A program made the translations under genes and the position numbers. Below the pieces are notes generated by a model. The model was not told the DNA's origin. It worked only from the letters and a program-made list of their open reading frames with translations, and searched no databases. A DNA stretch of 52,208 nt from an uncultured Treponema sp. (GTDB lineage: Bacteria; Bacillota_I; Bacilli_A; Acholeplasmatales; Anaeroplasmataceae). Below, in pieces: positions 1 through 9,055 of this stretch; the stretch's first letter is position 1, and each line of letters opens with the position of its first letter. The DNA lies in NCBI GenBank assembly GCA_963633325.1, contig CAVGYR010000001.1, positions 1 through 52,208 of the forward strand, in the 5' to 3' direction.

Positions 1-12
1 ATATAAGATTAT

Positions 13-678
13 ATGAATACTAATAATAATAGTAATATTGCAGTTGGTACTGTATTTACGTATAATAATTCTAAATATATCGTAACAGAAGTACATAAAA
101 AAAATGTATGTGAAGGATGTGATTTGGAAGATGTTTGTTCAACTTCTACAATTAAACAAAAAGAAATACAAAATATATGTGCTTGTGTTCCTCATTGTAG
201 AGTTGATAGAAAAAATGTTGTATTTAAGAAAGTAATTGAATCTGAATCTGAATCTAAATCTAAATCTAAAGACTTTGTTGAAATTGAAATTCCTGAAAAT
301 AAAGAAATAGATGTAAAAAATAGTGATTTTGAACATGGTATAATTACTTTTAAAAATAAAGCTGTAAATTTAGAATTTATTATTAATAATACAAATAAAG
401 CTAAAATAGTAGACAGATATAGCAAAATATTTGATTTAGCTGCTATTGCTGGATATTATAATAATGGATGGAAACCTACTGAAACTGATTTAGGATTTAG
501 TATCGGTTTTAATATGGCTAAACACCAATATGTTATTTTAAATAATAATGTATCTAAACGTGTAAGACTTGTAGCATTTAAAAATAGAGAAATATGCGAA
601 ATGTTGTTACAAGACAAAGAAGTAATTAAAATACTTAATTATTTGCATAATGTATTGCCTTATGGAGAAGATAAATAG
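13..678 (+). CDS. hypothetical protein (Cys-rich N-terminal half, ESESESKSKSK repeat)
   Basis: 221-aa ATG-initiated ORF, first member of the co-oriented + strand array. No assignable motif. Confidence 0.5.
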   Translation: MNTNNNSNIAVGTVFTYNNSKYIVTEVHKKNVCEGCDLEDVCSTSTIKQKEIQNICACVPHCRVDRKNVVFKKVIESESESKSKSKDFVEIEIPENKEIDVKNSDFEHGIITFKNKAVNLEFIINNTNKAKIVDRYSKIFDLAAIAGYYNNGWKPTETDLGFSIGFNMAKHQYVILNNNVSKRVRLVAFKNREICEMLLQDKEVIKILNYLHNVLPYGEDK

Positions 679-795
679 TTGTCCTGATTATGATGTTGCA
701 GAAGAATCTATAATAGATAATGCAATAGAAGAATATAAGCAATATGGAGAATATGGTAATTTTCCTCCCGATTTAGTATAACAATTAATTAATTA

Positions 796-867
796 ACTCT
801 TAGTAAGTGTAGAAATACGGCTTATGGTGCGAAACCAACTAAGAGTACTATTAGAGATTATCTCTAA
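796..867 (+). promoter_or_regulatory. two stem-loops in the 226-nt intergenic region (9-bp stem 796-804/838-846 with 33-nt loop; 17-nt palindrome TTAGAGAT-T-ATCTCTAA 851-867)
   Basis: ACTCTTAGT at 796-804 is the exact reverse complement of ACTAAGAGT at 838-846. The 851-867 palindrome is followed by a T-rich run. Both lie between the stop of ORF 13..678 and the start at 905. Confidence 0.35.
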
Positions 868-904
868 ATTTATTTAATTTATTAACAATTTAAACTTTTG
901 TAAA

Positions 905-1174
905 ATGGCAAAGAAACATGACGAAAAAAGTGATTTGAAAAGTGTTAGTCGAGTAGCTAGAATTGATGGTAATCATATTATTATCGGAGATAAAAGTGTT
1001 ATCGGTATTCATACTTGGGGTCGTATCGATTATTTAGTGAATTATTGCGGCTATGTAGTTAATTATCAAGCTGGTGCTAAAGCTAATAATATTAAGTTTG
1101 ATGATGATAAAAAATCTATAAGAGAACATAAACGTATTAAAAAGGAACATAAATTGACTGATAAACGTAAATGA
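905..1174 (+). CDS. hypothetical small basic protein
   Basis: 89-aa ORF. Its ATG lies 10 nt downstream of TTAACAATTTAAA (882-894), the same motif and nearly the same spacing (11 nt) as upstream of the 9056 gene. Its stop overlaps the next start (ATGA). Confidence 0.55.
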   Translation: MAKKHDEKSDLKSVSRVARIDGNHIIIGDKSVIGIHTWGRIDYLVNYCGYVVNYQAGAKANNIKFDDDKKSIREHKRIKKEHKLTDKRK

Positions 1175-1716
1175 TAGATTTTTCCAAATTTACATTTAAA
1201 GCTAAAGTCAATAAACCTAAACCTAAATATATTAGTAAAAGGAAATATAATGTTCAATTAACTAAACTAATTAATGGTAAAGTTATATTAGAAAATGGAA
1301 TTTATAAATGTATTATCAGTTATGATGAAATAATCAATAAACTTGGAAAGTTTATTAAAATTGATATGATAACTAAAATTCCATATAAACCTATAACTGT
1401 ATCATTTACTGAAGATAGTTATGATTTACATAATAAACCTGTTATTTTTACAAAATCTCTATTGAGAGGTAATTATATATGTATAATTAGAGATTATACT
1501 CATATGCTTACTTTTCCTGGAGATCCTAATAGATTTATTCCTTTTGCTTTAAATTGGATAGTAAGAGGATGGCTTGTTGAAATTGATGGTGAACAACAAT
1601 TTAAATTTAGAAATTGTGTAACTATTGATGGAATAGACGCCAAAGATTCTGTTTTTAATATTAAAAAACAAATAGAAGATGAGGAAATTAAATGGAAGCT
1701 ATTAAACATAAAATAG
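1171..1716 (+). CDS. hypothetical protein
   Basis: 181-aa ORF, ATGA-coupled to the upstream gene and overlapping the helicase start by 25 nt. Confidence 0.55.
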   Translation: MIDFSKFTFKAKVNKPKPKYISKRKYNVQLTKLINGKVILENGIYKCIISYDEIINKLGKFIKIDMITKIPYKPITVSFTEDSYDLHNKPVIFTKSLLRGNYICIIRDYTHMLTFPGDPNRFIPFALNWIVRGWLVEIDGEQQFKFRNCVTIDGIDAKDSVFNIKKQIEDEEIKWKLLNIK

Positions 1717-3194
1717 ACGATAATCCTACTGTAGTAACAAATAAATATAATTTGAAAGATGCAGTGGATATTTCTAATTTAACTAAAGGTCAATTAGATG
1801 CTTATATAAATATAATAGAATGGATTAAAACTCCTTTTAATCCTTCTGATTTTAAAAGAGCTATAATTGGTTCTGCTGGTGTCGGTAAAACTTTTCTACT
1901 TAAAGCTATTATTAAGAATTGTAATATTTCTTATTCTCAAATAGGAATTTCTGCTCCAACACATAAAGCAGTAAGAGTTATTAGAACTTCATTAAGTAAT
2001 ATAAAAGGAGTTAAAATTAATACTCTTCAATCTGATTTTGGTCTTAGACTTAATTTTAATGTTGAAGATTTTAATATTAATAATCCTCCTTTTGACCCTA
2101 GAGGTAAAATTAAAATTGATAATTATAGTTTATATATAATTGACGAAAGTTCTATGATAAACTTTGGACTTCTAAAGTTTATGGAAAGAGAATTTATTAA
2201 AGAACATTGTAAAGTTATATATGTTGGTGATAATTATCAATTATGCCCCGTAGGAGAGATTACAGTTCCTGCATTTAAATCTATTAAAAGTTTTAGTCTT
2301 ACAGAAATTGTAAGACAAGATAAAGATAACCCTTTACTAGATGTTCTTAATATGCTTAGAAATGATATTAAAAATAAATCTTTTACATTTCTAAATTATA
2401 TAATTAAGAATAAAATTAGTTTAGATGATACTTTAACTAAAGGATATGAAGTTTTAAATGATGAAGAATTTAAGAATAGAGTTAAATTAGAATTTAATAG
2501 TGAAGAAATAACTAAAGATGTAGATCATGTAAGAGTTATTTCTTATACTAATAATACAATTGCCAGTTGGAATGATACTATTAGAAATAATATTATTTAT
2601 AATGCAGATAAATGTGTTTTAACTAAAAATGATTTAGTTACTAGTTATATTACTATAGTTGATGATTTTAATGATATTATTATCAGAAATTCAGAAGATT
2701 ATATAATACATGACATAGTAAATTATACTCATCCAAATACAAAGATTAAAGGATTTATGGTTAAATTTCAAGCTGTATTTGGTGGTGGCATAACTGCTCC
2801 ATTATTTGTATTAGACCATACTGATAAATTTTCTGTAATCCAATATTGTAAATTATCTAAAGAATTAATTGATTCTGCAAAACAAGCCAATAAAGCAAAT
2901 AGAGCTAAAGCCTGGAAAGATTATTATAAATTTAAAGAAGGTTGTCTTTTGCTTAAAAATATAGCTAAAGCTGATGGTACTATATTATATACAAGAAATA
3001 TAGATTATGGTTTTGCTTTGACTTGTCATAAAGCTCAAGGCACTACTTATCATACAGTTTTAGTCGATATTAATGACATTGTTTATGATAAATATGGTAA
3101 ACCATATAAAAATGCAGAAGAAATTAATCGTAGATTATATGTTGCAATTAGTAGAGCAAAATATAAAGTTTATATGAAATATGACCTTCAATAA
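1692..3194 (+). CDS. SF1 DNA helicase (Dda/RecD/Pif1-like)
   Basis: Walker A GSAGVGKT (nt 1869-1892), Walker B YIIDESSM, TEIVRQ motif, and the C-terminal ALTCHKAQGTTY and YVAISRAK motifs typical of RecD/Dda-type helicases. Confidence 0.85.
   Translation: MEAIKHKIDDNPTVVTNKYNLKDAVDISNLTKGQLDAYINIIEWIKTPFNPSDFKRAIIGSAGVGKTFLLKAIIKNCNISYSQIGISAPTHKAVRVIRTSLSNIKGVKINTLQSDFGLRLNFNVEDFNINNPPFDPRGKIKIDNYSLYIIDESSMINFGLLKFMEREFIKEHCKVIYVGDNYQLCPVGEITVPAFKSIKSFSLTEIVRQDKDNPLLDVLNMLRNDIKNKSFTFLNYIIKNKISLDDTLTKGYEVLNDEEFKNRVKLEFNSEEITKDVDHVRVISYTNNTIASWNDTIRNNIIYNADKCVLTKNDLVTSYITIVDDFNDIIIRNSEDYIIHDIVNYTHPNTKIKGFMVKFQAVFGGGITAPLFVLDHTDKFSVIQYCKLSKELIDSAKQANKANRAKAWKDYYKFKEGCLLLKNIAKADGTILYTRNIDYGFALTCHKAQGTTYHTVLVDINDIVYDKYGKPYKNAEEINRRLYVAISRAKYKVYMKYDLQ
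2246..2258 (+). repeat. GC-rich dispersed motif copy 1 (CCCCGTAGGAGAG, 1 mismatch)
   Basis: Read directly. Inside the helicase CDS, translated PVGE. Confidence 0.6.
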
Positions 3195-3339
3195 GCAATT
3201 ATGAATATAAATTTTATCTACAAATGATTTATTTTGATTTATATGACACAATTTGTTGAATATGATGCAATCATATATCAATAAATTTAAACGCTCTATA
3301 AATCAAAATTTAAGTATTAATTATATAATCTTATAAATT

Positions 3340-3771
3340 ATGGATATTAAAGAAATAGTTACAAAATATATCGAAGATAGAAATAAACTTATTAAAGATT
3401 TTAATAATAAAATCAAAGAAAACGATGATAAGTATATAAATGGTATAAAAAATATATGTCCTATAAAAGTTGGAGATATATTTAAATCACCAAAATCTAA
3501 TTCGAACAATAAATCTAAATTATATAGAATAAATGAAGTTCGTGTTCATGTAGATGGAATTATAGAACTTTTTGGAAATCGTCTTACAAATAAAAATGCT
3601 TGGGCGAAAAATACTACATATCTGTTCACCACTACATTGTATAAAGATTTTGTTCCTCAATTTGGATTTAAACAAGTAAGTGATGAAGAATATAAGGATA
3701 TTAATAGGTTGGTAGAAAATACTGAAAACACTAATAATGTTGTTCATGAATTAAAATCAGCTAATGAATAA
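3340..3771 (+). CDS. hypothetical protein
   Basis: 143-aa ORF after a 145-nt AT-rich gap. It overlaps the next start by 8 nt. Confidence 0.55.
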   Translation: MDIKEIVTKYIEDRNKLIKDFNNKIKENDDKYINGIKNICPIKVGDIFKSPKSNSNNKSKLYRINEVRVHVDGIIELFGNRLTNKNAWAKNTTYLFTTTLYKDFVPQFGFKQVSDEEYKDINRLVENTENTNNVVHELKSANE

Positions 3772-4327
3772 TCCATGTGAACAATGCGCTCTTCGTTTAT
3801 TTAATAATAAGTGTCATAATCTAAAAGGTGTAGGTAATCCTATTTATGGTAAAATAATAGTTGTACCTAATGTTGATTATTTGGCTTATAAAAATAAATG
3901 TATGTCATTTAGTAAATATGTGGAAATAATAAATGAAGTTCTACACTCTTCTACGGGGGGGATAGATGATTATTTTATTGTTCCTATTATTCGTTGTAGT
4001 ATTGTTGATAAATGTCCTTTAACAGAAGATATAATTAAACGTTGTCTAATTCATACTATAAAAGATATTAATAATACAAATGCTATTAAAATTCTTTTAT
4101 TAGGTGATGCTGCTCGTTATTATTTAGGAATTAGTGATATTTCCACTTATACTAATACTTTATTTATAAGTAAAGAACGTAATATTCGTGGATATGCAGT
4201 TTCTTATTCACCTTTTGTTAAATATACAGATTCAACAAAATATAATGAATTTTGTGATAATTTACTTAAATGGTATAATGCGTGTAAAGACAATAAATAT
4301 AATGGATATGAAATTAAAGTATTGTGA
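3764..4327 (+). CDS. uracil-DNA glycosylase superfamily protein (family 4-like), tentative
   Basis: N-terminal CEQCALRL...GVGNPIYGKIIVVPNVD resembles the CxxC plus glycine-rich start of family 4 UDGs. It sits immediately upstream of PolB and is translationally coupled to it. The canonical GE.PG and HPS motifs are not clearly present. Confidence 0.4.
   Translation: MNNPCEQCALRLFNNKCHNLKGVGNPIYGKIIVVPNVDYLAYKNKCMSFSKYVEIINEVLHSSTGGIDDYFIVPIIRCSIVDKCPLTEDIIKRCLIHTIKDINNTNAIKILLLGDAARYYLGISDISTYTNTLFISKERNIRGYAVSYSPFVKYTDSTKYNEFCDNLLKWYNACKDNKYNGYEIKVL
3946..3958 (-). repeat. GC-rich dispersed motif copy 2 (exact, reverse orientation: CTCTTCTACGGGG on + strand)
   Basis: Read directly. Inside the UDG-like CDS, translated SSTGG. 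Confidence 0.8.
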
Positions 4328-6597
4328 TACATAGTTTAGCTTATGATATAGAGTGCTTTCCTAATATGATTAGTTTTACTTTTGTAGATATGAATGATTA
4401 TCTACGAACGTTTGCTGATTGTAATGGGAAAGCATTAACAGAATGTCTTACTGTTGAAGAAATTAAATCAAGACTAGATAAAGTTAAATCTTGGGTTTTT
4501 TATGTTAGTGATACTGATGATAGTCAATTATTAAAAATAGTTCAATTTATTCAATCTAAAGAAGCATATTTTGTAGACGATGTTCCTCATAGATATGATA
4601 TGTTTGGATATAATAATCAAGCTTATGATGATATGATGACTAAAGCATATATGATGCTTTTTAATCATATAGATAATAGTAAAGAATTATGCAAGAAACT
4701 CAAATCTATTAACGATAAGATTATTAGTCTTCAAGATGATAAAGATGCACTTTGGAATGATAATGAACTTAAACTAATTAGAAATTATAAACTTCCTTGG
4801 GCAACTGTAGATTTATTTAAAGTATATGCTTTAAATAGTGCTGGAGTAAACGTAGATAAAAATACTGGTGCTCGAAATAAGTTTGGTAAAAGTTTAAAAC
4901 AAGTAAGTATTAATCTTAAATGGTATAATCTTCTTGATTTTACTTTACCTCCTATTGATGATGAAGAAGGAGATATATATAGGAAGAAAGATTCATATAG
5001 AGGTATGTCTAATGAACAACTTGATAGTTTGTTTACAAATGACTTTGAACGTTATGTTTTGCCTAAATATATCGAACCAATGCTTCATTATAATAAAAAT
5101 GATGTCTATTTAGTTTGTGAAATTGCTAGACAAAAACCTGATGAAATCAAACTTAGATATTCATTAAGTAACGCATTTAATCTTAATTTGCTATGTAGTG
5201 CTAGAAGTAATATTGCAGATAAACTTTTATATAAGTTTTATTCTGAAATGAGTGGTTTACATGTAAATGATTTTAAAAATCTTCGTACTAATAGAACTGC
5301 TTTAAGTTTTAATAAAATTATATTTCCTCATATATGTTTCAAAACTAAAGAACTTCAAGATATGCTTGAAGATATGAAAAAGGTTGTAATATATAGAACT
5401 AATAAAGATGCTTTTGTTAAGGAAATAACTTTTTATGGAACTAAATATACTATTGCTACTGGAGGACTACATAGTCAGGATAGACCTGATGTATTAACTA
5501 GTACTGACAAATATACATATATACATTATGATATTAGTTCATTTTACCCTAGTGTAATGGTTGCATATAATATTGCACCAAAACATTTAAATGCTAAAGT
5601 ATTTACTAAAATGGTTGATTATTTTAGAATAACTCGTATTAAATGTAAACATACTGATGATAAAGATGGATTAATTATTACTGGTGTACATAATAAGTTA
5701 GCTGCTGAAGCATTAAAGATTGTAATTAATGCAATTTATGGTAAATTCGGATTTGATTCTTATTATCTTTATGATAGATTTGCACAAATGCAAGTAACTA
5801 TTAATGGACAATTAATGGTAATGATGGTAATAGAATCCCTAGAATTAAATGACATCCATGTTGTTTCAGCAAATACTGATGGTATTATTGTTAAACTTCC
5901 TGTAGATAAAGAAGATAAATTTAAAGAAATTACTGATGAATGGTGTAAACAAAATAAACTAGAAGCAGATTCTGAACGATATAAACTTTTTGTTACGCTC
6001 AATATTAATAATTATTTTGATATTCAAAGTAATAATAAAATTGAATATAAAGGTAGTCTTGACCCTAAACAATATCTTAAAGATTTGAAAAAAGGTTATG
6101 ATATGCCTATTGTTGCAGAAGCTGTTTTTGAATATTTTGCTCATGGAGTTGGTGTAATGGAAACATTACAGAATCATAAAGATATTCTATCTTTTTGTAA
6201 AACTCAAAATGTAGGTAAACAATTTGAAGTAGTATATGATGTTGTAGAAAATGGTAAGGTTAAAACTATAACTTCTCAACGTCATGTTAGATTTTATGTT
6301 TCTACAAAAGGTGTTGTTATATGTAAACGTCATGTTACAACAAATTCTCGTAGTGTTTTAGCATCTGGTAAACCAGTTAAAATTCTTAATCTATTAGACG
6401 ATAAAGATATATCTGAACGTATGATTGATTATAAATATTATTATGAAGAAGCATATAAAATTATTAATCCAATCAAATTAAAGATTAGTCCTAATCAAAA
6501 AGGTGATAGTAATAAGAAACTTTTAAGTGGTAAAGTAATGCTTAAACGTAATTTTGGTTTATATAATTCACTATTTGACGATGAAGATTTTGAATAA
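4324..6597 (+). CDS. family B DNA polymerase with 3'-5' exonuclease domain
   Basis: ExoI YDIECF, ExoII NNQAYDDMM, ExoIII YNKNDVYL. Pol motif A YDISSFYPS, motif B KIVINAIYGKFG, motif C SANTDGII. A GTG start at 4324 (GTGA overlap with the upstream stop) is needed to include ExoI. Confidence 0.9.
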   Translation: MIHSLAYDIECFPNMISFTFVDMNDYLRTFADCNGKALTECLTVEEIKSRLDKVKSWVFYVSDTDDSQLLKIVQFIQSKEAYFVDDVPHRYDMFGYNNQAYDDMMTKAYMMLFNHIDNSKELCKKLKSINDKIISLQDDKDALWNDNELKLIRNYKLPWATVDLFKVYALNSAGVNVDKNTGARNKFGKSLKQVSINLKWYNLLDFTLPPIDDEEGDIYRKKDSYRGMSNEQLDSLFTNDFERYVLPKYIEPMLHYNKNDVYLVCEIARQKPDEIKLRYSLSNAFNLNLLCSARSNIADKLLYKFYSEMSGLHVNDFKNLRTNRTALSFNKIIFPHICFKTKELQDMLEDMKKVVIYRTNKDAFVKEITFYGTKYTIATGGLHSQDRPDVLTSTDKYTYIHYDISSFYPSVMVAYNIAPKHLNAKVFTKMVDYFRITRIKCKHTDDKDGLIITGVHNKLAAEALKIVINAIYGKFGFDSYYLYDRFAQMQVTINGQLMVMMVIESLELNDIHVVSANTDGIIVKLPVDKEDKFKEITDEWCKQNKLEADSERYKLFVTLNINNYFDIQSNNKIEYKGSLDPKQYLKDLKKGYDMPIVAEAVFEYFAHGVGVMETLQNHKDILSFCKTQNVGKQFEVVYDVVENGKVKTITSQRHVRFYVSTKGVVICKRHVTTNSRSVLASGKPVKILNLLDDKDISERMIDYKYYYEEAYKIINPIKLKISPNQKGDSNKKLLSGKVMLKRNFGLYNSLFDDEDFE

Positions 6598-8016
6598 ATG
6601 AAAATGACAGAAGAAGAATTAATTAATAAAGGAGTAGAAGAATGGAAAAATAATAAAGGAATAGGTACATTTATTATATATAAACCTATGAATCCATTAT
6701 TGGTTTTGTCTTCTTCTTTTCCTAGACTTTTTAATAGAAGTCCAACAATGTTTATAGTAATAGTAGTCAATAATTTTGAAGATAGAAATAATATTATTGA
6801 CTATTTAACTAAATCTGAAAATGAAATATATAATAATTCATATAAATCATTATTATCTAAAGGTAATATCAAAATATGGACTAAAGAGTATATTGAAGAT
6901 AAAATAAATCGAATATATCCTCATTTAGTTGTATATTATAATCCGAATAGATTTGATGATATAGACGAATCTTTATGTATAAAAAGTAGATTTAAACTTA
7001 TTATATTAAATAAAATATTGGATAAGGATTCTATGAATACTATTCATGATGTAAGTCCTGTTATACCTATATTTAAGCAAAAAGAACTTGATGAACTACG
7101 TGTAAACCGCCCCGTAGAAGAGTATAGAATTGGTTTGACTATTATAGATGATAAAACTAATAAACTTCTAAAATATTATAATGAGGAGATTAATCGTAGT
7201 ATTTGTATATTTGGTAGTTTAGATAATATAAATATTGCTAGAATAGGAGATAAAAATACAAATATGTCTGCTATTGGATATTGTAATACTATTGCTGAAT
7301 TTAATGGTTGGCGATATGATTTAGATATGACTAGTGAATTTAATCGACAACTTGACGAAATATATAATCCGAATTCTCTTAAAGAAAGAGCTGATAATGT
7401 TTATGATATTATTAGAAAACGTGGAGTTCTTATTGCAAATAATGAAATTAAACTACAATCAATTTTAGATATAGTTAAAGCAAATAATGACAAACGAATT
7501 TTAATTATAAGTAAATATCCAGATTTCGCTACAACTATAACTGAATATTTGAATAGCAATTCTGATACTACTATATGTATGAATTATCATAATAAACTCG
7601 AAAGTATCCCAGCTTGCGATATAGATGGTGATCCTATTTATATCAAAAGCGGAATAAATAAAGGTGAAAGAAAGATGATGGGAGTTATAGGACAAAAGAA
7701 ATTGGCACAACAAATGTTCAATTTAAACAAAATTCATGTTCTATCTGCAAATAATCTTCCTGATGATTCTTTAGATATATATGTAGATATTGTTATTTTA
7801 ACTAGTTCATTTTGCGAAGATATTCAAACTTATTTTTATAGAATGACCCATATAGAGTTTGCCAATAAAGTAAAACTCTATACATTATTTTGTAAAAATA
7901 GCATTGAAGAACGTGCATTTGAAAACAAAAAGCTAAATAGAAATCATATTATTGTTAATTCTAGTGAAATTGAAGTTATAGATGATAAAAATTCTGATAT
8001 TATTCTTGTGGATTAA
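6598..8016 (+). CDS. SF2/SNF2-like helicase C-terminal-domain protein, tentative
   Basis: The C-terminal half (RILIISKYPDFATTITEYLN ... IHVLSANNLPDDSLDIYVDIVILTSSF) resembles the helicase C-terminal lobe. I see no Walker A GxGKT in the N-terminal half. Confidence 0.35.
   Translation: MKMTEEELINKGVEEWKNNKGIGTFIIYKPMNPLLVLSSSFPRLFNRSPTMFIVIVVNNFEDRNNIIDYLTKSENEIYNNSYKSLLSKGNIKIWTKEYIEDKINRIYPHLVVYYNPNRFDDIDESLCIKSRFKLIILNKILDKDSMNTIHDVSPVIPIFKQKELDELRVNRPVEEYRIGLTIIDDKTNKLLKYYNEEINRSICIFGSLDNINIARIGDKNTNMSAIGYCNTIAEFNGWRYDLDMTSEFNRQLDEIYNPNSLKERADNVYDIIRKRGVLIANNEIKLQSILDIVKANNDKRILIISKYPDFATTITEYLNSNSDTTICMNYHNKLESIPACDIDGDPIYIKSGINKGERKMMGVIGQKKLAQQMFNLNKIHVLSANNLPDDSLDIYVDIVILTSSFCEDIQTYFYRMTHIEFANKVKLYTLFCKNSIEERAFENKKLNRNHIIVNSSEIEVIDDKNSDIILVD
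7110..7122 (+). repeat. GC-rich dispersed motif copy 3 (exact CCCCGTAGAAGAG)
   Basis: Read directly. Inside the 6598..8016 CDS, translated PVEE. The extended match AACCGCCCCGTAGAA is shared, in reverse complement, with copy 4. Confidence 0.8.
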
Positions 8017-8021
8017 ATTAA

Positions 8022-8984
8022 ATGTCTTATATTTGCAATGTCAATAATAAAAAGCTCTTTGATATAATGAATGAACAAACTAATAATGGTAATAGTCGTA
8101 GTTTGACTATAAGACATGATGAAATTAATACTCGTCTTTCAAGTTTAAATCTTCTTGATGAGAAACAGCTTAGTCAAGCTGAATTTTTTCTTAAGAAAAT
8201 TTTAACAAGTGATAAAAGTGGTCTTAAAAGTGTTCAAGATGGATTAGCTATAATGATGAGAGCACAAGACTTAAATATGCCTTTTAGCACTGCTATTGAA
8301 CATATTCATGTGATAAATGGTAAGACAGGTATTGATATTCATATTGCTAAGTCGTTGTTATCAAGGGCAGGAGTAACTTGGAAAACTACTAAAGATTATA
8401 CTCCTCTGTATCAATATACAGATGGTAATACGATTTACAATCAAGCACAATTACCTGATTATTGTGTTATATGTCGAAACGAAAAAGAAGCAGAAAGTAA
8501 ATCTATTGATGATACAATAGGTGTATATCCTCTTAAATATTATCAAGATTTAAAAGGTAATATTTTTAGTGAATTTGAAATTAGTTCTAAGTGTGTAAAA
8601 TGTATTAATAAAATACAAGCACTTAAAGTTGCTCAAGAAGGTAATTATCCAGTAATAAGAATACCTTCTACACCTATTGATTATGTTACTGAATATGAAT
8701 TTACTAGATATAGAAATATAAATGGTAAAGAAGTGCTTACTCATACCACAAGTCACTTTAGTTATACGGAAGCAGCAACTGCTGAATTATTTACTAAAGA
8801 TACTTATAAGAAATATGCTAGGATATTAATTAGTCATAGAGCTTGGATGCTTGGTGCTAGAGATATAGCAAGCGATATTCTTATGGGTTGTATGAGTACA
8901 GATGAATTAGACTTAGTAGTTGGAAATACAAATCCTAGTTCCGATTACTTTGAAGAAGTTGACATAGAAGAAGTTCAACAATAA
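8022..8984 (+). CDS. possible RecT-like single-strand annealing protein
   Basis: The segment GLAIMMRAQDLNMPFSTAIEHIHVINGKTGIDIHIAKSLLSRAGV resembles the RecT-family core pattern. It lies within the recombination and replication genes. By-eye similarity only. Confidence 0.35.
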   Translation: MSYICNVNNKKLFDIMNEQTNNGNSRSLTIRHDEINTRLSSLNLLDEKQLSQAEFFLKKILTSDKSGLKSVQDGLAIMMRAQDLNMPFSTAIEHIHVINGKTGIDIHIAKSLLSRAGVTWKTTKDYTPLYQYTDGNTIYNQAQLPDYCVICRNEKEAESKSIDDTIGVYPLKYYQDLKGNIFSEFEISSKCVKCINKIQALKVAQEGNYPVIRIPSTPIDYVTEYEFTRYRNINGKEVLTHTTSHFSYTEAATAELFTKDTYKKYARILISHRAWMLGARDIASDILMGCMSTDELDLVVGNTNPSSDYFEEVDIEEVQQ

Positions 8985-9055
8985 TATAAATAGTAATAAT
9001 ACTATATATTAATTAATTAATTATTTTATTTTTAACAATTTAAATTTCATAAGTT

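Noticed and set aside
238-270. Hexanucleotide tandem repeat (GAATCT x3, AAATCT x2) encoding ESESESKSKSK
   Set aside because: It is a short in-frame coding microsatellite inside ORF 13..678. It could vary in length between strains, but nothing suggests a specific function.
796-846. Possible tRNA or tRNA-like gene (GGTGCGAAACC resembles a T-arm)
   Set aside because: The closing stem encloses only 33 nt, too short for a cloverleaf. No D-arm, anticodon arm or proper 5-bp T-stem can be drawn.
3195-3339. Bacteroides-type sigma promoter (-33 TTTG / -7 TAnnTTTG) in this and other intergenic regions
   Set aside because: I could not find a convincing TAnnTTTG at a sensible distance from any start. 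In DNA this AT-rich, near matches are uninformative without transcript-start data.
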